Source: an uncultured Methanosarcinaceae archaeon (GTDB lineage Archaea > Halobacteriota > Methanosarcinia > Methanosarcinales > Methanosarcinaceae). From it: 64,000 bases of DNA. The stretch spans positions 64,001 to 128,000 of the forward strand of contig CAWJYV010000008.1 of assembly GCA_963847185.1 (NCBI GenBank). Reading direction: 5' to 3'. The notes beneath the pieces are model-generated. The model was not told the origin of the DNA. It saw only the letters and a program-made list of their open reading frames with translations, and searched no databases. The stretch's first letter is position 1; the number at the start of each line of letters is the position of its first letter. Positions 51,981 through 61,733 of the stretch are shown in pieces. A program made the position numbers and the translations under genes.

Positions 51981-53168
51981 TTAGCTCCTTCTATTATTCT
52001 TATCCATCTTTTTCTTTTTCAGCGATTTTATTTTGGAAGCAGGCCCAGCCATACAAAAATTCAACAATAACCACTGTACATAATCTTTATGCTTCCTGTT
52101 GATTACTGCTTCATCCAGGTATTTATCCAGAATTTCGCTGTTATTAACAGCAAGTTCAAAAGTAGTTTCCGGAAAACGATGCATTACCCTTTCCAGTTTC
52201 AGGGAACTGGCAATAAAGCTTCCAAACTCCTTCCTGCATCGTGAATCGTATTTTTTAAGGTTACTTATTTTTCTATCGTACATCACAATATCGGAAACAA
52301 TTTCTGCAGCAAGCTGTCCTGACCGAATCGCATAGGCTATGCCCTCTCCGGAAAAAGCATCTACAAATCCTGCAGCATCACCGCTAAGAAGAAGTCTTGA
52401 ATTTACTGTTTCTCTTTTTATGCCACCTAGCGGGATAATGTGTGCACGGATAGGGAAACTACAGGAAAAATCATTTTCTTGCAGAAAATCAAGCATTGTC
52501 TTCTTTGGATGCTCAAGGTACTTGGCAGTTCCAATAACTCCTACAGAATAGTATCCTGCGTGAGGAAAAATCCAGCCGTATCCTCCACGTGTGATCCCGA
52601 AATGAATATCTATAGTCTCCGGAAGCCGACTCCTTATTGTTTCATCCCTGTCAGGTATTTCCGAAACGAGCCCCAGACCGTACTCTGTCCTCTTATCTTT
52701 TGACCTTACTTTATATTTAAGAGTTCCACCTGAGCCTTCGGCAATAAGAACAAATCTGCCCAGATAGGTATTATCCGTGGTTCTGACTTCAACACAATCT
52801 TCTTTTTCAATACAGTCCAGAACCCTTTCTCCGGTATGAACCTCAATTCCGGTTTCTCTTGCTTTTTCAAGTAGAAAATTGTCAAAAACTTTTCTGGAAA
52901 TTAAAAAAGCCAGATTACATTCTTTCTTGCTCTCTACAAAATGGTCCCTGTAATGAATCCTTATCTTTGAGATATTCTTCTCAATCAATGATTGAGGGAG
53001 TTTGAAGTCCAGACAAGATAAGGCATAGGAGGAGAGTGCCCCTCCACAGGGTTTGTACCTTGGAAAGTTTTCTTTCTCAAGCAAAAGGGTTGATAGCCCC
53101 TGTTTTCCGGCTGTTCTTCCTGCCGATGCTCCTGAAGGTCCTCCTCCAACTATTATTAGATCATACAT
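51981..53168 (-). CDS. Geranylgeranyl reductase-family FAD oxidoreductase
   Basis: YDLIIVGGGPSG, PRYKPCGG, GYGWIFP and GDAAG..DAFSGEGI; AGGTG RBS. Confidence 0.9.
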   Translation of the reverse strand: MYDLIIVGGGPSGASAGRTAGKQGLSTLLLEKENFPRYKPCGGALSSYALSCLDFKLPQSLIEKNISKIRIHYRDHFVESKKECNLAFLISRKVFDNFLLEKARETGIEVHTGERVLDCIEKEDCVEVRTTDNTYLGRFVLIAEGSGGTLKYKVRSKDKRTEYGLGLVSEIPDRDETIRSRLPETIDIHFGITRGGYGWIFPHAGYYSVGVIGTAKYLEHPKKTMLDFLQENDFSCSFPIRAHIIPLGGIKRETVNSRLLLSGDAAGFVDAFSGEGIAYAIRSGQLAAEIVSDIVMYDRKISNLKKYDSRCRKEFGSFIASSLKLERVMHRFPETTFELAVNNSEILDKYLDEAVINRKHKDYVQWLLLNFCMAGPASKIKSLKKKKMDKNNRRS

Positions 53169-53324
53169 ATTAAGACACCTTCTTATCCTTAGTTTGAAAT
53201 TTAAAAGGCACCAGCCCAAGATACTCCTTATAAGTAATCCTCTAATCGATAAGCTCAAGATATTTATCAAGCATTTTGCCGTTTGAAGTAAAAATCTTGA
53301 ATGTGCGATCCGGGAAACGATGAA

Positions 53325-53680
53325 TTATCTTTGAAAACATCCACAAGTGGCGGTATCTCCATCCAAGAATGTTCTCAAGCCAGTAATTTTCCTCTTAACA
53401 CCACCTGTTGGGACTTTTATGTCATGAAGTTTGTAATCCTCAATAAAACCATTATCTTTCAGGAACTTAAGCATTATCTTCTCTGGATGAAAAAAATCCT
53501 TAATAAACCCTCTAGTTTCTGCTGGATAGTGATTACTATTCGGAGGAACCCAATTATATTTGCCGCTTACAGCCCCAAAGTAAGGATCCACATTTTTTCC
53601 AAATCATCATCAATTTCTTTTTCTTTTGCAGGAATAACCATATCAAGAAAGCTTACTTTTTTTCGCAAATCTGCAATACT
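53325..53680 (-). pseudogene. Degraded fragment of a geranylgeranyl-reductase paralog
   Basis: DPYFGAVSGKYNWVPP...HPEKIMLKFLKDNGF...PTGGVKRKI...LDGD aligns by eye to DIHFGITRGGYGWIFP...HPKKTMLDFLQENDF...PLGGIKRET...LSGD of the neighbour; frameshift near 53590. Confidence 0.65.
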
Positions 53681-53857
53681 GATTTTCCTGCTTCTATACA
53701 GGTTGGCGCTTGAAGAAAAAGTCTTAAAAATCACAGTCAGGGGGTTATATAGGATAAATAAAAAGAACAGCCCTGCTGACCCCTTTAACAGGATAAATCC
53801 TGGGAATCTGGTATCATTTACAGCATAAATTTGATCTTCCAGTATCTTTATCTCAAA

Positions 53858-54856
53858 TTACCTGTAACAAAGATTTAATAGTTTAAGGGGATTCTTACTG
53901 GATGTAACTGCATAATATTTAATGGGGTACATTAGAGGGCCTATCATTTCAGAAATTAGCCTATTTCTTTTTGAATGCTTCATTTTTTTAAGTAAATGTT
54001 CTTTTATCAAATCGTTATATGACTCCTTCTGTATTATGCTTCTTGCAGCAAGATTTGCACTCTGGAAGGCATATCTCATTCCAAATCCCCAGAGATAGTC
54101 CTGAAATCCCCCTGCTTCTCCAATTAACATTGCTCCTTTCTCATCATAATAATTTTTCTTTATTTCAAAATGCCCATAACCACCAAATTTTTTTCCGGCA
54201 GAAATCTCCTTTTCATCAAGAAAATCTGAAAAATAGTTAATTGTATTTTGAAGGAACTCTTCCGAACGAGAAACATCCTTGCGTCCAAAAACAGTTGCAA
54301 TCGTTCCGTGTCCGTTTTTGGTCAGGAGGTAGGAATAGAATCCTCTGGCTATATCCTGGCCAAAAGCCATATGATAACCCCTATCTACACTGGTATTAAA
54401 TTTGATTCCTCTTGCAAGGATATTTGGATTTCTGGGACCTGTTGCATTTACCTGAACAGGCAGTTCCCTCTCCTGCTTGTAACTTAAATGAATTTTCACT
54501 CCCAATTTTTCGGCCTGCTCAAGTAGGGCCTTATCCAGGCAGCCTTCTTTACGTCCCCTTCTCACCAGATAACAGGCATTTTTTCCTCTGATAGTTTTCA
54601 GTTTCCCTGAATAATGCATATCCAATTCCGAAAGTGGTTCATACTCAAAAGACAAATCAATGCCGTATGATTCTATCTGTCTCAGGACATCAACGTTTTC
54701 AGACCAGTTTTCTAACCCCTGCCAATCTTCGTTGAATCTCCTACCAACATAACTGCCCTTTTCATAAACATTAACTTTATAATCATTTTGACGAAGAATT
54801 ATCGCACATGCAAGGCCGCTTATACCTCCACCCATAATATTTATCTCTTCATTCAA
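53858..54856 (-). CDS. FAD-dependent oxidoreductase, distant GGR family
   Basis: IMGGGISG..C, YEK and IGEAGGFQD..WGFGM; TTG start after AGGTG. Confidence 0.8.
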   Translation of the reverse strand: MNEEINIMGGGISGLACAIILRQNDYKVNVYEKGSYVGRRFNEDWQGLENWSENVDVLRQIESYGIDLSFEYEPLSELDMHYSGKLKTIRGKNACYLVRRGRKEGCLDKALLEQAEKLGVKIHLSYKQERELPVQVNATGPRNPNILARGIKFNTSVDRGYHMAFGQDIARGFYSYLLTKNGHGTIATVFGRKDVSRSEEFLQNTINYFSDFLDEKEISAGKKFGGYGHFEIKKNYYDEKGAMLIGEAGGFQDYLWGFGMRYAFQSANLAARSIIQKESYNDLIKEHLLKKMKHSKRNRLISEMIGPLMYPIKYYAVTSSKNPLKLLNLCYR

Positions 54857-55322
54857 ATAAACACCTGCAGAGACTGGAGTTCCCAAATATTTATATTTTT
54901 CTTTTGTAACCGGTCAGCCTGCAGAAAATTAATTGAACGATGACTATTTTTCGTAATGGACAAGTCTAATTACTTCGAAGAAAAGAGAAAAAACATGATG
55001 AATAGCCAAAATTTGAAGAAAATCAGCTCATAAAAATTTGCTCGTTTGATCTTAATAATGAAGGCAATTTATATTGTTTTATCTAGGCTGAATAGTTACA
55101 CGTGGTCTCCCTATATGTGATTTCTGTTGAGGAAGATAAGGTTCTATGGATTCCCATAGAACGTCATCTACTTCAGAGAAGGATATAAAAGTAAATATAT
55201 AATTTTAACATAATATTACTTTTGGGATGAGCTCTTATTTTATCAAACAATTTATAATACTATTTTTCAGATATAGACCCTTGATATTTGAAAAGTAAAT
55301 AATAAATTCCGAAAAAACGAAT

Positions 55323-55952
55323 TCAGTTATGGGGAGAGTTAAAAGTTTCAAAAGCATTCAAAACCTTCTGGTAATTTACTTCTGTTCCGAAACAGCCGTC
55401 TCTTTCCATAGGAATACCATAGCTTACAATCCCTTTTCCTTTGAGAGCACGCATGACTTTGTTGATTTCATAGTCGCAGGCAATAATAAGAACACCATCC
55501 GAAGCCTCCATTTTGAGTATGTTTTTTACATAGGAGGAGCCTGTAAGAACAAATACTTTGTATCCGTACTTCTCAGCATCTTTTTTTAACTGAGTAAAGA
55601 CACATTTTCCGCAGGATTTACACTGTATTCCTGTCTGAGTAGAATAAGCCGGACAGTCAAGGCTTCGCATACAATGAGGAGCCATTATAATTCTTTTTTT
55701 TGTCTTTGTAAAAGCAGATTTATAAGCTTCGTTTTTTAGAGAAGCCATCCATTTGTCCAGAACACGGGTATCTGAAAATTTAAGGAAAATTTGCCTTAGA
55801 GGCAGATAAAAGAAATCGAGTATATTTGCATAAAATCCTGCCAGATGAACCCTTTGTGTGAGACTTCTTTTGCTAACAATCAGAGCTATGCTTGAGAGAG
55901 TAAGGGATGCGATGATAATAAAGAAAAGTGCTTTCCCAATGACGTTATACAT
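55323..55952 (-). CDS. DUF116 domain membrane protein
   Basis: N-terminal TMs; PHCMR..DCPA, CKSCGKC, IAC and DGCFGT. Confidence 0.85.
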   Translation of the reverse strand: MYNVIGKALFFIIIASLTLSSIALIVSKRSLTQRVHLAGFYANILDFFYLPLRQIFLKFSDTRVLDKWMASLKNEAYKSAFTKTKKRIIMAPHCMRSLDCPAYSTQTGIQCKSCGKCVFTQLKKDAEKYGYKVFVLTGSSYVKNILKMEASDGVLIIACDYEINKVMRALKGKGIVSYGIPMERDGCFGTEVNYQKVLNAFETFNSPHN

Positions 55953-56580
55953 TGCACATCTCCATTTTTTGAATTATTTCCTCAACATTAGCTTCAGTAT
56001 TGAAGCAACCGTCTTTGAGAAGAAGAACGCCCTGAACAGGAACGAATGATGCAGCTTGCATATTTTCAGAAAGCTCATTGTAGCAGGCGACTCCCAGACA
56101 GGCTTCAGGCCTGTATTCCTTAAAAATTTTTTTTACGAAACTTCCCCCAGGAACTACGAAAACCTTGAAATTGTATCTGTCCGCAGCCTCAGAGAGTTTT
56201 GAGATATCACAAAGTCCGCAGCGTTTGCATTCATAACCATGAACAGGATCGCACCTTGCCTTACAGCTGGGATGGCGTAAACACTGAGGAAGAAGTAGAA
56301 TTTTCCTGCCTTTGGTATGCAGAAAATCATCGTACATAACAGCATTCCTTACATCAATAAGGATGTCATCAACAAGGGTCTCTCTTATCCTGAAAACCTT
56401 GCAGAGCCACTTTGCAGGGGAATAGAAAAGATAAAGTGTAAACAACACGAATCCCGGAAAAATAATTCTGTGATTTTTAAATGAATAAGCTCCTATGATC
56501 AGTGCAATCCCTGTGCCTGCAAGAGCAAAAAGTAAAAGGTATACGAATACTTTTCCGAGGAATTCGTAAGGGATATACAT
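55945..56580 (-). CDS. DUF116 domain membrane protein (paralog)
   Basis: LPQCLR..CKA, CKRCGLC, PGGS, GVAC and DGCFNT; 8-nt overlap with the next gene. Confidence 0.85.
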   Translation of the reverse strand: MYIPYEFLGKVFVYLLLFALAGTGIALIIGAYSFKNHRIIFPGFVLFTLYLFYSPAKWLCKVFRIRETLVDDILIDVRNAVMYDDFLHTKGRKILLLPQCLRHPSCKARCDPVHGYECKRCGLCDISKLSEAADRYNFKVFVVPGGSFVKKIFKEYRPEACLGVACYNELSENMQAASFVPVQGVLLLKDGCFNTEANVEEIIQKMEMCNV

Positions 56581-56773
56581 GTTCAAGGGGAGGGAAGTTT
56601 CAGTATTTAAGTTTTACTATAAAATCGTGTAAATAAAGGATCCATGATATGAGACCAAAAATCAAGAATAAAAAATCAAAAATCAGAAACAATAATAAAA
56701 AATCAAGAAATAATATTAAAAATCGAAAATAAAGAAATGGGAAAGCTGGAAAAGCCAGCTTTATTTTTTTTGG

Positions 56774-58003
56774 TTATTTAGTCTCAAGACCTAAGCCTTC
56801 TGCAACCAGCTCAATGACGTCCTCGACAACGAGGTCAACTTTGAGTGCATCTCTGCCATCCATCAGGTTTCTCTTACAGAATGGGCAGCAACTGGACACT
56901 ATATCTGCATCTGTTGCAACGGCGTCCTTAACTCTGGACTCTGCGACTGCCAGAGCAAGATCAGGAATACCTGCCTTTACACCACCGCCTGCTCCACAGC
57001 AGCGCTGGAATTCTTTTACTCTGTCCATTTCGACGAACTTGACGCCAGGAATGTGGGATAGCACATATCTGGGGGCATCAAAGACACCAACATGGCGGCC
57101 CAGGTGGCAGGGGTCGTGGTAAGTAACTGTCTTGTTAATAGGCTTTACCCATTTAATTTTGTCTTCCTTTATCAAACCTGCAAGGAACTCTGAAACGTGG
57201 ACAACCTCAAACGGCAGATCCTGACCGAGAAGTCTTGGCCAGTCCACTTTTGCGGCACGGAAACAGCCTGCACACGCAAAGAGGACTTTTTTGGCACCTT
57301 TCTTCTTGATTGCTTCGACATTATGTCTTGCAACCTCACGGGGTACATCATTGATATGCGCCTGGCCTGTCCTGATAAGGGCTGAACCACAGCACCATTC
57401 TTCTTCTCCAAGCATGGAGAACTTAATTCCTAGCTTGTTGAGTACACGTGAGGTTGCAAAGGCTAAAGCGAGTTGATTGTACCCTGCAGTGCAACCAGTG
57501 AAATAGACTATATCTGCTTTGTCTTCAATTTTCACGTCTGGGGGAACCCAGGCAAGCCTGTCTTTCTGGTCCTTCAGGTAAGGGTTATGGTACTGGCCAA
57601 TAAGTTTTGGGAACATGTTCTGCTTCCCATAAGGACCTATACCTTTCTTTACAAGGTTTGCCCTCAGGGCTTCCCATAGTTCCACGGTGTTGATTCCCGA
57701 TTCACAAACAGTTGCACAGATACCACAGGTGGTACAGCCGTGTACATCGTCTTTGAATTCTTCGAGTTGTGACTGAGGGATTTCCTCCGGACCAAAAAGC
57801 TTTGCTTTAACGCCGTAGGATTTGTTCATGTACTGCCTCCAGCGCAGGATCTTGTCTCTTGGAGCTAATCCTGGTTTCTGGCCGGAAGCGGCATAAGTCG
57901 GACACCATTTTACACATTCACCGCAGCGCGTGCAGGAGTCAAGCTCCATAAGCTGGACTGCGGTAAGATTCTTTGTATCGATTGAGGGGGTACGTTTTGC
58001 CAT
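56774..58003 (-). CDS. hdrD: Heterodisulfide reductase Fe-S subunit D
   Basis: Two CxxCxxCxxxC motifs and two CCG domains ([19 protein letters not shown]); GGAGG RBS. Confidence 0.96.
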   Translation of the reverse strand: MAKRTPSIDTKNLTAVQLMELDSCTRCGECVKWCPTYAASGQKPGLAPRDKILRWRQYMNKSYGVKAKLFGPEEIPQSQLEEFKDDVHGCTTCGICATVCESGINTVELWEALRANLVKKGIGPYGKQNMFPKLIGQYHNPYLKDQKDRLAWVPPDVKIEDKADIVYFTGCTAGYNQLALAFATSRVLNKLGIKFSMLGEEEWCCGSALIRTGQAHINDVPREVARHNVEAIKKKGAKKVLFACAGCFRAAKVDWPRLLGQDLPFEVVHVSEFLAGLIKEDKIKWVKPINKTVTYHDPCHLGRHVGVFDAPRYVLSHIPGVKFVEMDRVKEFQRCCGAGGGVKAGIPDLALAVAESRVKDAVATDADIVSSCCPFCKRNLMDGRDALKVDLVVEDVIELVAEGLGLETK

Positions 58004-58007
58004 GTGT

Positions 58008-58799
58008 TTATTCGCCTCCTTTATTTGCAAGGATTGCAAGAGGTGTGGCGATTACGTGAATATATTTGCTATATGGGATATATGCGATACAGAAGAACAG
58101 GGAGATTACTGAGTGGAAGAGAGCTGCTGGTGGTGCAGTTGCTGGGTCAAGCCCAAAGCCCCAGATAAATCCGGTCCTGATTCCATCGGCAACAAAACCT
58201 GAAATCGTGACCAAGAAAACTCCTCCAAGCAGGATCCAGTCATACATAATGGAAACTTCCCTGACTTCGGAAACAAACAGTCTTCTAACTAATGCAATGA
58301 GGACTCCTATAAGCAGGACGTATCCAAAGATATAGTTAGGGATGGAGAGTATTTCTCTAAATTCGGCAGGGGTAAACGGAAGTTCAATTCCGATCTTTTC
58401 AGTCATTTCGACTGCAAACATCATTCCTGAAAGAGCAAAAAGGGTCATCCAGCCTGCGAAGATAGTGAAGTGCATGAACCAGCGAAGAGGGCTTCTTTTG
58501 AGAATTCTTCTCTGGAAGAGAATGTCAAGAATGAGAACCTCTAAAATGGGCTTTCCATGATGATGAGATTCTTCTGTGACCTGTGCCCACCAGGTTTTAA
58601 GGAACCTGATAGCACTTCCCTTTTTTCCTTCCTGGGGCTCAAGGCCGTAACCTGTTACTCCTGATCCCCACTTCTGGAAGTTAATAATCATACCATATAA
58701 AAAGACCACAATGGCTATTGTGCTGAGTATCATTATCTGAACAAACGTAATTCTCAGTGCATCCGTGAGTCCAGAGAAATATGCCATTTCGCTGCTAAT
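58008..58799 (-). CDS. hdrE: Heterodisulfide reductase cytochrome b subunit E (likely ATT start at 58799; first ATG at 58787)
   Basis: Multi-TM NarI-like protein with His ligands (RWFMH, LFHS, KYIH); directly upstream of hdrD. Confidence 0.95.
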   Translation of the reverse strand: MSSEMAYFSGLTDALRITFVQIMILSTIAIVVFLYGMIINFQKWGSGVTGYGLEPQEGKKGSAIRFLKTWWAQVTEESHHHGKPILEVLILDILFQRRILKRSPLRWFMHFTIFAGWMTLFALSGMMFAVEMTEKIGIELPFTPAEFREILSIPNYIFGYVLLIGVLIALVRRLFVSEVREVSIMYDWILLGGVFLVTISGFVADGIRTGFIWGFGLDPATAPPAALFHSVISLFFCIAYIPYSKYIHVIATPLAILANKGGE

Positions 58800-59356
58800 A
58801 ATTTCTTCCTCCTTTTATAGATAGGTCAAAAATTGAGAATTAATACTGCTTTAGGATTGTCATATTAGTTACAGAACATCAATAACAGTAAAGACAGAAT
58901 GATAACCGTAGCGACTGTCTGTATAAGGTTTGAATAGTCTGTTAGTCTTTGTATCTATTATATTTAAACATTATCATTAATAATCAGTACATTGAAAAGC
59001 TCGCAAGAGCCGTTAAAATCACAGGCTTGTAAGTGATCGAGCATAAAAAGAAACTTTGAATTCAATAAATATAATGATATAATTATAATACACAGCTTAT
59101 AAATAAATCTTGTGGAAATGTTTTCAAAGGAATAGTAGAGAATTCAGCTGCAGAATAATGAAATGTGAATTCTTGAAATGAATAAGATTGATTTACAAAA
59201 ATAAATTAAATAAAACTAAGTAAATATAAAAAAGAAAATCTGGAAAAATTCTTTGATTCTGGATATTCTATTCTGGATATTCTATAAAGCTCTATCCAAA
59301 AATCCAATTTTTCCTAAGTTAATTTATTCTCAAATTAATCTGTCTAACAACGTAGG

Positions 59357-60034
59357 TTACAGTCCGACCTCGGCTTTAAATTTCTCAATTCCTATTTCGT
59401 CCAGTACTTCCCCAATTCTTCTCTTTTTTCCGTATCCCTTATAGAAGGTAATTATCTTATCAACAAGATCCAGTACCCGCTCTTCGGAAAGATCCTTCGC
59501 TACTATATCTCCGAGCCTTGGACGTGGTCCTGCACTTCCTCCAACTGACAGAGTATATCCTTTGGGAGTGCCCATGATTCCTATGTCTTTTATGCTCGGT
59601 TCGGAACAGGAATTCGGACAACCCGAAACCGCCATCTTGAATTTAGAAGGAAGCTGCATTCCATGGTATTTTTCATCAAGTTTCAGGCCAAGCCCTACTG
59701 CATCCTGCTTTCCTCTTTTACAGAAGGTGGTTCCAGGACAGATTTTTACGCTGCGAACGCAGAGTCCTATAGCAGCTCCTGGCTTCAGACCCAGCTCTCC
59801 CCAGGCAGCATCCAGATCCTCTTCTTTTAGCCCCACAATTGCAATTCTCTGGGCAGAGGTAATTTTGAGGGCTGCAGCCCCATATTTCTCTGCAATATCA
59901 GCTATCTTTCTCAGAGTCTCTGGATATACAATTCCCCCGGGAATATGTGGAGCAATTGCGTAGGTCTCTCCATCTCTTTGCAAAATTGCAGCCTTCTCAG
60001 GAAGGTCCCCCTTAACGTATTCTTTGCTTACCAT
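59357..60034 (-). CDS. Small siroheme sulfite/nitrite reductase-like protein
   Basis: KITSAQRI, ICPGTTFC, KFKMAVSGCPNSC and DIGI. Confidence 0.85.
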   Translation of the reverse strand: MVSKEYVKGDLPEKAAILQRDGETYAIAPHIPGGIVYPETLRKIADIAEKYGAAALKITSAQRIAIVGLKEEDLDAAWGELGLKPGAAIGLCVRSVKICPGTTFCKRGKQDAVGLGLKLDEKYHGMQLPSKFKMAVSGCPNSCSEPSIKDIGIMGTPKGYTLSVGGSAGPRPRLGDIVAKDLSEERVLDLVDKIITFYKGYGKKRRIGEVLDEIGIEKFKAEVGL

Positions 60035-61109
60035 ACTTTTACACTCTCCTGTATAGCATTCATTTTCGTTTCAGAACTTAATTGATTTAACTGCTATTTT
60101 TTATTCAGGACCTTATCTATCCTAAAACAATATAGAAATTGGAAGTTTCTGTCATTCTTCCGCATTCTGAAGATATATTTTCAAATTACGGAAATATATC
60201 TTAGATCCTGAGTGGATATTTGCTTGAACCAATATAAGTTAAATGTCCAATATAAATTTGATGTTTACAATTACATGTCTAGCGAAGAATAGTATAAAAA
60301 GAAGTATAGACAAATAAATTAGGCTAGATCGGTTTATGATCTCAATAGTATAAAAAGCGGGCCAGAAAAGAGCAGACCAGAATCAGGACTTTAAATTAAG
60401 CAAGACCTAAAATATTAAAACAGATCAAGAGACATGTTCTTTTTATTTTCATCGAAGATGCTCGCTTTTTTCTTTCTGTAACTAATATAGCGTCAGCGAT
60501 AAAATATCGTATAAATTCGATTACAACCATTCAGAGTTTTTCAATTCTTGATGATTGAAGAGACAATAATTCTCCCCCGAGTAATTGACTTACCGGTCTC
60601 CTTCAAAAATTGCTGGATTTTAAAATCGTTTTTATGAATTGATTGTTAGAGACTGTGGACATAAGGAATAATAAGGGTGTCTAAAAGTTATAATGTTTGG
60701 AACTCAATCAGATCCAAAAGAGGCGATTGGGGTCAAAAATTTAAATCGTCCAAAAGACGATTGAATTTCGCAGTAAAAGTATGCTAAAAAAGAACTAAAA
60801 AAGAAGGTTCTGTGCAATCTTTGGAAGTTGAACAACTATCTTGGTCTGATACTAAGTAAAAAACACTCAAATCTATAAATTTATTTTTATAATATTCTCA
60901 AGAATGGACACAGTAAAAAATCTCTAAATCGGAATTACGCGGTTGAAGGATGAAATCAATTACAAGCAACCTCATCGAAAAACATCATCTGAATCCTTAG
61001 ATTTTAACAGTTATGTCTCTATTGTTGCTGTTTTTCATTTCGACTGTGTAAGTCCTACTTATAATATTTCACGATCCAGCTATTTCAATTAATAAATTAA
61101 AATCATTTC

Positions 61110-61733
61110 ATGAGGGGTTCTACTTTGACCGAAATAGATGTAATCTTAGACGATTATCGCAGCAGCTACGGGAAAACGGCTGAAGAAATCCGCGAAGGCA
61201 TGGATGAAGGCTTCAGCGAAGGGTATAGAGAAGGTATAAAGCAGGGATTCATAGACGGCGTAAAAGAGTGCATGGCTACGGGCTTTAACAACATCGAAGT
61301 GAAAAGTACAGAAGAGACTCTTAAATGTGCCTTTGAGACAGCCTCAGATGAGGCTGTAAATGTCTCGATTACTCAGGCTGTCAGTAGAAAATACAGGGAG
61401 AAAATTGGTCCTTCTTTTAAGAAGAAAATGGAAGAGGCATGTAATAACGTAGTCGAAGATATAAGAAAGGCTGATTTCGAGATGGAGAAAATTTATGCTT
61501 CCGAATTAAAAATTTGTGTTGATGCTTCAGTTAAAAAGATTAAGGAGTGCATCGACAGTGCATTTGAAGGTATAAAAGAAAATCTCCCGGAAAATTTGGT
61601 ATTCGGGAGCATTTTCAACGGCTTGCAGGATGGTTTTGATAACGACCTTGAGGAAAAATTGAAAGCTTGCGAGATAAGGATCTGCAAAGAGATTGACAAC
61701 AAAATCTGCAACAGACAGGTGGATTATGAGTGA
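61110..61733 (+). CDS. Hypothetical acidic helical protein with GxxxG repeats
   Basis: EGMDEGFSEGYREGIKQGFIDG; stop overlaps the next ATG; start may be TTG at 61125. Confidence 0.7.
   Translation: MRGSTLTEIDVILDDYRSSYGKTAEEIREGMDEGFSEGYREGIKQGFIDGVKECMATGFNNIEVKSTEETLKCAFETASDEAVNVSITQAVSRKYREKIGPSFKKKMEEACNNVVEDIRKADFEMEKIYASELKICVDASVKKIKECIDSAFEGIKENLPENLVFGSIFNGLQDGFDNDLEEKLKACEIRICKEIDNKICNRQVDYE

Noticed and set aside
29632-53270. Longest-ORF N-terminal extensions in the track (e.g. cofD 30660, nurA 44911, GGR 53270; likewise mptA and lysA)
   Set aside because: They run through AT-rich promoter DNA; downstream starts match family N-termini and, in several cases, an RBS
53301-53828. 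175-aa + strand ORF
   Set aside because: No recognisable motifs; the opposite strand carries GGR-like remnant homology
55140-55162. Perfect hairpin GTTCTATGG-ATTC-CCATAGAAC
   Set aside because: Single isolated stem; cannot distinguish terminator, operator or chance
60640-60830. Possible IS/MITE end remnants (GAGACTGTGGACATAA, AGGGTGTCTAAAAGTT)
   Set aside because: No matching inverted partner, target-site duplication or transposase fragment could be established; needs an ISfinder search
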